Positions 54,278-64,000 of a stretch of 64,000 nucleotides of DNA are shown here, piece after piece. This DNA is from the human T2T-CHM13v2.0 reference genome, Homo sapiens, in assembly GCF_009914755.1 (NCBI RefSeq), contig NC_060926.1; one strand, 5' to 3'. Each line of letters begins with the position of its first letter. The stretch's first letter is position 1. Below the pieces are notes generated by a model. It had not been told where the DNA came from. It searched no databases and worked only from the letters and a program-made list of their open reading frames with translations. The translations under genes and the position numbers were made by a program.

Positions 54278-54664
54278 ACAAAACATTTAAAAATAAAAAA
54301 TTTCGGGATTAGAGGGCCTGATAGTTCAAGTTTATTATTAAGGTAAATAAAGGATATCAACTTCTCTAGTTTAACCTCTAAAGCAAAATAAATCATTGAC
54401 AAGACTTCCACTAGAGCAAATAGCATGGTAATTAAGATGCTATTACCTGATTTGACCAATTTATCATCTGTTTAGTTCTGCTACAGGCCAGTCTCTGTGC
54501 TAGGGGTTAGGGAGGCAGAGATGAAGGAGAGCATTTCTGCCTGTTGAGAAGTTCACCCTCTTGTAGGAGAGGTTGGCATAAACCAGTCATAATAAAAGTC
54601 TTAATGATAATAGTTTCGAGGGTCCAGACTCGGATTGAAAATGCTGAATGAAAAAAGAAAATAG

Positions 54665-55145
<481 letters not shown>

Positions 55146-56329
55146 GTGAATATTGTATTTCCATACTTAGTTGAATGAAAATTATGAGCAGGCAAATAAG
55201 AAACGTGTCATCCCAAGCTCTTACAAAGAGCAGCAGGATGTGAGACTGTGTTAACCTTTCTGGCTGGCATCAGGCAGCCTCAGCTGTAACCTTGTGGTGT
55301 TGACGCTACCCAGGCCCTTTAGAAAAGGCTTCTTGAGCATGATTTTGTGTGAAAGTGGTCAAAGGGTTTGTCCCTTTCCGGTCACCCTGCCAACATCTTA
55401 AGAGTTACTGCTCTTAAAATATTAGTTGCCTGTAGCTCTTTTCTACTTAAATATCTGCAATGCTTCCCCTCTCATCCCATTGCCCTTTGGATGAAGTTCA
55501 ACCTCTCTTCTTGCATCACTCCCCAGAAAGCTCTTTTTTGTGGTCCCATTGGGCCACTCCTCAGACCCTGAACTCAGGAGACCTTTCAAAGAAGTCCAGG
55601 TCTCCTTGCCTTCACTCCTGCTGGTCCCCTTTCCTGGAATTCCTTCTTCTCTTCTTTTGACCAGTCACTAGGCACAGCTTTCAGGCCAGCTAAAATTTCG
55701 TCTCCTCTACAAACTCTTCCCCGAACACTTCAACCTGAAGGGACCTCTCCTTTACCTTTCATGGGAAAATGAACCCCTGTGGCTCTGGTGGCCCTTCCTT
55801 CTGGTCTTGACCTGTCATTTTAATGTGTTCTGCCACCCGGTCTTCTAGGAGTCTACAATTCTCCCTAGCAGGACCTGTAATGAATGTGGCAGGGTCAAGT
55901 TTGGTGTCCAGAGGGTCATCCTAGAGGGTTGTTTGGGGACCAGCATTGCTTGCCCTCCTTGCTGACTTACAGGGAGGGACACAGCTAAAAACCAAGAGCT
56001 GCTCCCTTCATCTCTTTATCAAGACCTGGTAAATTGGCCTCCTCCAAATATTGAACAAAATCAATTCAACTACTTTGGGAAAGAGGTAGCATTTTTCACT
56101 GTTGAGAATAAATTAATCCTACTTCCTTTTCTTTTTAAGGAAAGCAATAAATCAAAAGAGAGGGAGAGAGAAGAAAAAAACAAAAACAAAAACAAAAAAA
56201 ACCTGCCTCTCTGTAACCCTGTCTTACTCCCTGGGAACAGTGTAACCTGGCCTCAATCCCAAAAAGCAGAAGGAAAGTATTTTTCAAAATGTTAATGGCC
56301 CTGAAAATTTGAGTTCAGTTCCTTTCTTT

Positions 56330-56623
<294 letters not shown>

Positions 56624-58097
56624 GAGTTCCATTTTTCTGAAAACTGAATTGGGATCCCTGCCTGTGTTTGTATGTTTATGTTTGTGTGTGAAGGTGCTGG
56701 CCTGTGCGTGGTATATGTCCCGATGTGTGTGTGTGTCCAGATGTCTGCTCACGTACTCTTACTCTTAATAAGTCTAAAACTGACCTGGAATGGTGCAACT
56801 AGAACTATAAGGGAACACCCAGGCCAGTCCTTCCCTGTATGGGGGAGGAAGCTGATCCACAGTGGAACAGGATTTATGAAGGGACACAGGAGGTCGGCTG
56901 CACCCCAACTCAAAATTTTCAAAACAGAGATGCAGCAACTCACAAGAGTACACTCTGTTCTCTGGCTCCCAAACTGCCAAGGGTGTGCCCTGGCAAGGGG
57001 TTCTCAGACACCCTCAGCCAGCCTCAGCCACAGGCAAGTCTCTGAACTAAATTGCTCCTTGGCCTTTGCTGCCTTAGCAAAAGCAGAAACCACAAGCCTT
57101 CCCCACCCAGCAGGGCCTAGAAGCCTGGCTCTGGCAACTTCTGGAAAGGCCTTCTGCTTGTCTGTCTGGGTACCAAGCTGAGACCCTGAATGAGGTTCAT
57201 TCTTTTCTGGGGCTGCTCTTTTTCTCTCCTGTTAGTTCCTTGCTTTTCCAAGACAGCCAAGAGGAAACCAAAGTTCCCATTGCTGTGCAGAGTCTCTTGG
57301 CATTTTCTAAAGAGAACAGCCACCAGTCTTGGGGTGAGGGGATTTTAAATCAGCAGTTTACTGATGAAGAGTCAGGGGCTCAGGGGTGGAAAGTGACTTG
57401 CCTGGGCCTTGCTCTGTTGGCACCTCCAACCCCAGCTGGCCATGGAAACTTGGACTTCATGCAGGCAGGGTTCCAGAGGGCTGAGGAACCCACCATTTCT
57501 GCCTCTACCGGTCTCAGGGCCCGGGAAGATGATCCATGTAGGGGCAGTCAGTCAGAGATGGGGTGCACAGTTATTCTGGGATTTCCCCAGACTGCCCCTT
57601 GGGTTCCACAGATAGTAGCTGAGCACCCTCCCAGGGCTCAGTTGCTGTGTTAGGTGTCTGCACATGCACCATCTTATTCAACTGCCATGAAAGCCGAGCC
57701 CAGTGAGAGCATGCAATCTCTTCTATAGCAGAGGGAGCCAGGCTCCCGAGGGAGGCCAGGGATGGCACTGCTCACTTGTGGCCATGTCTGAGGGGCATGC
57801 TATGAGGACTATGCTACCCATCATGGCAGCAAAATAGAAAGATAATAACAAGCTGTTCGGATCTGATGAGAGTTGGAACTGGCGGGAAGTGAACCAGGTA
57901 AGGCCTGTGGCAAAGTCATCAGTGTGGCAAGGGTCAGAAGAGGTGTGGCCAGGCTCTGCAGATCACTTTGTATCCATCCTTGCCCCATCTGATTCCCGCA
58001 TCCATTGGGAAGGACAAGTAGAGGGCCTGGCACTTAGGAGACGGGGCCAGGATAGAGCTGTGTGTGTTTAGGAAGAAAGCCGCAAGCTGGTATGGTC

Positions 58098-58458
58098 TAT
58101 TATGGACTGAATGCTTGTGTCTTCCCAAAATTCATGTGTTGAAACCCTAACCCAAAATGTGATGGTATTAGGAGGTAAGGGCTTGGGGAGCTGATTTCAC
58201 TTAGATGGAGTCATGAGGGCGAGTCCACCGTGATGGGATTAGTGTCCTTATAAGAAAAGGAAGAGACCAGAACACGCTCTCTCTACCACGTGAGGACACA
58301 GTGAGAAGGCAGCTCTCTCCCAGTCAGGATGACAGCCCTCACCAGAGCCCGGACATTCTGGCACCTGGATCTGAAACTTCCAGCCTCTGGAGAGGTGAGA
58401 AATAAATTTGTGTTGCTAAGCCACTCAGTCTATGCTATTTTGTTATGGAAGCCCCAGC
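58098..58458 (+). mobile_element. MLT1A-like MaLR LTR
   Basis: tatggactgaatg..cccaaaattcatgtgttgaaaccctaac..gtgagaaataaatt..agtctatg. Confidence 0.85.
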
Positions 58459-59561
58459 TGTTTCTTTAATCTGAGCTCTAGGGGAACTGAGACAGTGGTG
58501 GGGGAATGTGTGCCCAGCAGTGGGGAGATGGAGCATGGGGAGGAGGGGGTGTGAAACAGACAGGGCTGGAGTGGGAGTCAGAATGCATCCAGACCCTTGC
58601 CTGGCTGCACCAACTTGCCATCTTCCTTCTACCTGGGCTGGGCGAGACAGGTAATGCCTTCAGAGAGCCTGCTTTGGAGGAAGCAGTGATTTCTGGGCCA
58701 GACATGCAGTTTAGTGTCCCAGTATGTAATTAGAGTGTGCAGAGTCATGGCAGCTGGGCCCGTGGTGGGCCTGGCACTGGGCTCTCTGTCTGTGGTCACA
58801 GCTAGCCTGTGTCTGGCCAGGCATAGGCTCAGCTGACCTCAGAGCTCCTTCCCTCCCCTCCTGAGAAGATGTGCGCTCTCACAGCTTTATTCCCAGGGAA
58901 GCTGAATTGCCAGAGTCTCCTGGGTGCATAGAGGGGTCAGACCTTCCCTCAGGCCCTTTACCTGAGAGCCTTCTCTTCAGCCCATGGCCCAGCACTCCCC
59001 TTTCTAATGAGCTGAATTTCTGCTGTGAGTCCTCGTAGCTGAAGGACCCGGGACCAGGGCCTCCTGATCACGATGGGTTTGGCCCCACATGGCATTGGAG
59101 TATTGACTTGGTCTCCAATGTGGAGACACGGAGGGAAGCACTTCCTGATAGGGTCATACAATAAGGATCCTGGGGTTGGGGGGTCATACAGCCTCTTGGG
59201 GAGGCCACTGTGAGATTTCTGACCAGAGTGAAACGAGGATCCTTCCAGCTGGAAAGCCTTGCATCCTGCGAGCTTCCTCTTTTAAGGGGCTCAGCAGAAC
59301 TGATTTCCAAATTCTCATATCTGCAGCCCCAAGATGCTTTCTGCAGCCTCTAGAAGTCTGATCAGGCTGTTTAAATTTGCTTTTGGACAGCCAAATGGGA
59401 AGTGAGGAGGAGGAGGAGAAGAAGAAGAGAGAGGGGAATAGGAAAGGGGGATTATATGGAGCTAATATGGTGATATTTGAAAGATCTGGCCCAAATTTAG
59501 GGCCTGTGGACTCCTGGGCAGCCCCAGTTCTGTGTTTTCAAGGTGGTGGTTTAGATGCCCT

Positions 59562-59943
<382 letters not shown>

Positions 59944-62229
59944 TAGATGCCCCATTTTCTTGTATCTTTTATGAAATGAAAGACTTAAGAATTCAGGCAT
60001 CTGGGCAAGGAACTGTGGCCCCTGAAGGCAGCCTCCCTCCTGCTCCTCTGCTCAGCCCTACAGCCAACCTAGCCTTCTCCATAAGCCCCACTTCTTTCCC
60101 CTGGAAGGGGAAGCTTGGCTCTGTTCCAGGGGCATACCCAGAGGGATGTCTCCAGCCCAGTAGAAGTGAGTCCACTGCGAGGATGAGCTTAATCAGATCT
60201 GAGAGCTTCTCCTTCAAGCAGCACAAGAAGTGTTGACAGATTTGGCAGCATTTAAAAATGCTTGTTGCAGCTTTTGATAAGGCAGGTAAGGGTGTCCCAA
60301 CAGGCCTATCCAAACTATCCCCACCAGTGTTTTCTACAGCTAAGGAGACTGAGGCCTGGAGACATGAAGAGCTCTTCCCAGGTCACACATCAGAGTGAGA
60401 GCACCTTGGTCTGGAGATCCCTAGGTAGGATGTAGGGTTGTGGCTACTGAGGCCAGGATGAACCCTCCTCCATGGCTGCAGACCACCTCTTGGGTGTCTG
60501 GTTGGTCTCACTTGGCTTCTGGCCAAGCACATTCACAACAGCATCTCAAAGCCAGACTGTTGGCTCAGGGCCTCAACCTGTCTGGGTCCAGGCGCAAAGT
60601 TAACATGGGCTCTGCCTCTCCGTTCATCTGCTTTTGAGTGTGGCTTGTAGGTCACCCCATAACCTGGGGGTTCAGGCAAAATTCTGTTGCTGAAATGCAA
60701 AAGAGGCAGCACCGTTGGGGGATGGAGCCACTGGCAGTGCAGGGAAAAGGGCTCCTTGCCTGTTCTGTCATGGTCTTGCAGCCTGTGGTTCATCCTTTCA
60801 GTCCTCCGCGCCTTGGGATTTTCCATTTGCTTGGTGGAGAAGTTGAATGGAGCTAGCCCTGTGCTTCAGGGCTGCTCTCCTCCCCCTTCATCACTGTAGG
60901 CTTCCCAGGCAACCGTTTGACCAAACCTTGTGAGTCCTAGCCCCTCTTACTACTTTCTCTGATGATAACATTTGCAGGCCAAGGGGAAACCCAATTACTG
61001 TACCCTTTTGTCTTTTTTGAATTACTCCCTAATCCATCTATTAAAAAACAACCTCAAGCAGGATCCTAAATAAATGGGCTTTAATCAAGAGAATTATCAA
61101 TGTGATTCATTCTCCCTCAGGGCAGAGATGCAAATTATCTTTCAGCAAAGGGCACAGCAACTTAACATACCCAGACTAAGAACAATGGCCATCCGTCCCC
61201 AGGAGAAGGCTAAAGCATTTAGTGTTAGTGCTCAGGGCTCTGACCCCATTAGAGACTTCTCCGCTGGAGTTCCCATAATGGTGACATCTTAACTGAAATG
61301 GAGAAGGGAAGGCACCCAGCGTGGCCAGGGGCCCAGCAGAGCTGGGTCAGGTGGTGACCCCTCCTCTTCATGGGGACAGCAGGGGCCGCCAGCCTCCGGA
61401 GCCCCTGAATATTTGCTCAACTGCTTCTTGCTCCCTGCTAAGTCAGTCGCATTCCAGATGCAGCAAGGAGGATGCCCCCAAGAACAGGGGCAGAGCACTT
61501 TCCTAGACTGCTGTGTCCTCCCTACAGTTGTGGGGGGTGGCCCATGGGTGTGAGGAGACAGGGGTCGGAGTGGGGGCGACACTCCTGCGATCAGCCCCAG
61601 TTTAAAGCCTCTGCAGGTGCTGACATACTCTACAACTGACTCATGGGCCAGGAATACAGACTCAAATCTGTTTTTCTTTCCTTCCTTAGGAAAAGGCTGT
61701 AATTGCTCCTCCTCAGCCCAACTTGGGAGAAGTCTGATTTCTTCCCCAGACTTGTCTGAATGCTCGCAGCCGCTGCCCTTCACCAGGGCCAGGACCGCTC
61801 AGGTCTCCGTTCCCTTCCAGCCCAAGGCAGCACCCACTGCACCCTCGTCTGCCCTGGGCCCTGCTTGCCAGAGGCCTGGAGTCCAAGGGACCTGAAGGGG
61901 CTGCAGTGGCCACGTTGTGAGCTGAGTTATGACTAAACCCTCCCAGAAACTTAGAACTTCCAAGGAGTGTAGAACCACTTGGCAATTTAAACCATTTCAG
62001 AACCAGAGAATTATAGAAAAGTAGAATCTTAGGTTTAGAAACGATCTTTAAGGTAATCTACCTTCTTTCCAGCACAGCAGCTTTGCCTGCCTTCTTTCCT
62101 TATCCACAGTCTCCTTGAGAAGAAGCTGGGCCTTGTGGGAAACTTCCCAGGGCTTCTTTCCTTCCTGGACCTCTGGGAGACCACACCTTTCAGTCCCTTT
62201 GCAGTTACGAGGGGCCGAGTGGCATTTCT

Positions 62230-62535
62230 GACCTGTGAGATAGGAGCAAAAGTAATGTTTGTCACAATTCTGAGCTGAGGCAGTGAAAGTCCCTGAGCCA
62301 TTCCCCAGGGAAGAGGGAAGTCCCTCTTCCCTTTCGGGACTGATCACAGACAAGTGCCTGTGTTGAGACAGCAAAGCCCCAGATCAAAGCAGCCAGGCCC
62401 ACCGAGGCACTGCAAGAAGACAGTGCCCTGGAGGGCTGCCCGAGTTGCAGCAGACTTTGCATGAGCAAGGGTTAAGCTTGTTGAGATTTGGGGGCTGTTT
62501 GTATAGTAGGACATTATAACCTAGCCTGTCCTGGA
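62230..62535 (+). mobile_element. Old MLT1 (MLT1K-like) LTR fragment
   Basis: cagactttgcatgagc..gagatttgggggctgtttgt..ataacctagcct. Confidence 0.6.
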
Positions 62536-62652
62536 GAATATTCCCAGCCTACATTCCAGACGTCCAGGCATGGGAATTCACTATGGGTGAATGAGGCTGT
62601 TGGGTTCATTGCTTAGCAGCTGTCAGTTGGAAAGTTTGTTTTTTCCCTTTAA

Positions 62653-63033
<381 letters not shown>

Positions 63034-63112
63034 TGAACATGCACCTGCATCACCTGGAGGGCTTGTTAAACACAGTGTTCTAGGCTCCAGTTCCGGTTTC
63101 TGATATAGCAGG

Positions 63113-63490
63113 TGTTATGGACTGATTATATCTGCCCCCACCAATCCTGCCCAAAATTCATGTTTTGACATTTTAACCCCTAATGTGATGGTATTAGGAT
63201 ATGAGACCTCTGGGAGGTGGTCAGGTCATGAGGGTGGAGACTTCACCAATGGGATTAGTGCCCTTATGAAAGGGACCCCAGAGAGCTCTCTCACCCCCTT
63301 TCTGCCATGTGAGGTTACAATGAAAAGGCCATTTTCTGCAACCAAAAGAGGGCCCTCATCAGACACTAACCATGCTGGCACTCTGATCTCAGGCTACCAG
63401 CCTCCAGAACTGTAAAAATGAAATTTCTGTTGTTTTATAAGCCACCCACCCAGTCTATGGTACTTTTTTATAGCATCACAAACTAAGGTA
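63113..63490 (+). mobile_element. MLT1A/MSTD-like LTR inserted into MER5A (63020-63112, 63491-63590)
   Basis: TGTTATGGACTG start; near-TSD GCAGG/GTAGG; MER5A halves on both sides. Confidence 0.85.
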
Positions 63491-64000
63491 GTAGGTTTGG
63501 GGCAGGACCTGGAAATTTGCATTTTTAGTTAAGTTCCCAGAGGATGCTGCTGCTGGAGGTGTGGAGGCCACGCTTCGAGAACAGCTACTTTCTATCTTCT
63601 GTTACATCTCTCCAGGAGCCTGCTAGCCCGTGCTGGTCATGGCTGCAGAGGTGCTGCCACCCTGCCAGGCCACACAGAGCAGAACCCCATGCTTTGATCC
63701 CTCCCAGGTTGGTCTGGGTTGGTCGGAGTCTGGTGCTGTTCCCTCCACAGACTGCGAGCCTCAGTGGGCAGGGCTTGCAATGTACTCATCCCTGTGGCCC
63801 TCAGTCTGACAGTGGTTGGCCACAGCAACAAGTATGTGCTCAGCGAATGTTTGTTGAGTGTGTGGATACCCAGAACAGGAGGAACACCTTGCCCACTTCT
63901 GAAATCTTTCACTGAACTTCAGACTCCTGGTACAGAGACCCCTGGGGAGCTCTCACTGCGCACCCTGCAGGCATCAGGGCTGATGCTAGCTTCCAGGCAT

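Overview
Primate, most likely human, genomic DNA containing the RHOB locus (2p24.1 from general knowledge). The only well-supported protein-coding gene is intronless RHOB (+, CDS 21109-21699, 196 aa). It has a CpG-island promoter with CCAAT and TATA elements, two uORFs and a ~1.4 kb regulatory 3' UTR. About 0.9-1.2 kb upstream of the inferred TSS lies a palindromic 34-bp minisatellite. The rest is interspersed repeat: about 25 Alus (one near-perfect AluYc1-type), a full-length decayed L1PA7/8-like LINE, MaLR/ERVL/ERV1 LTRs, hAT MERs, L2/MIR relics and a Y1 RNA retrocopy. The most notable observations are: (1) the L1 sits inside the linker of an AluJ and carries ~0.55 kb of apparent 3'-transduced DNA; (2) a possible decayed multi-exon secreted-protein gene at 53.2-61.9 kb; (3) several fold-back or templated-insertion scars, including a hierarchical 34-bp/158-bp repeat at 27.3 kb; (4) a 235-bp local duplication with reciprocal CpG decay; (5) an Alu and a Y1 RNA copy inside one target-site duplication. 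Repeat subfamily calls are by eye, not from RepeatMasker, and boundaries of old repeats are approximate.
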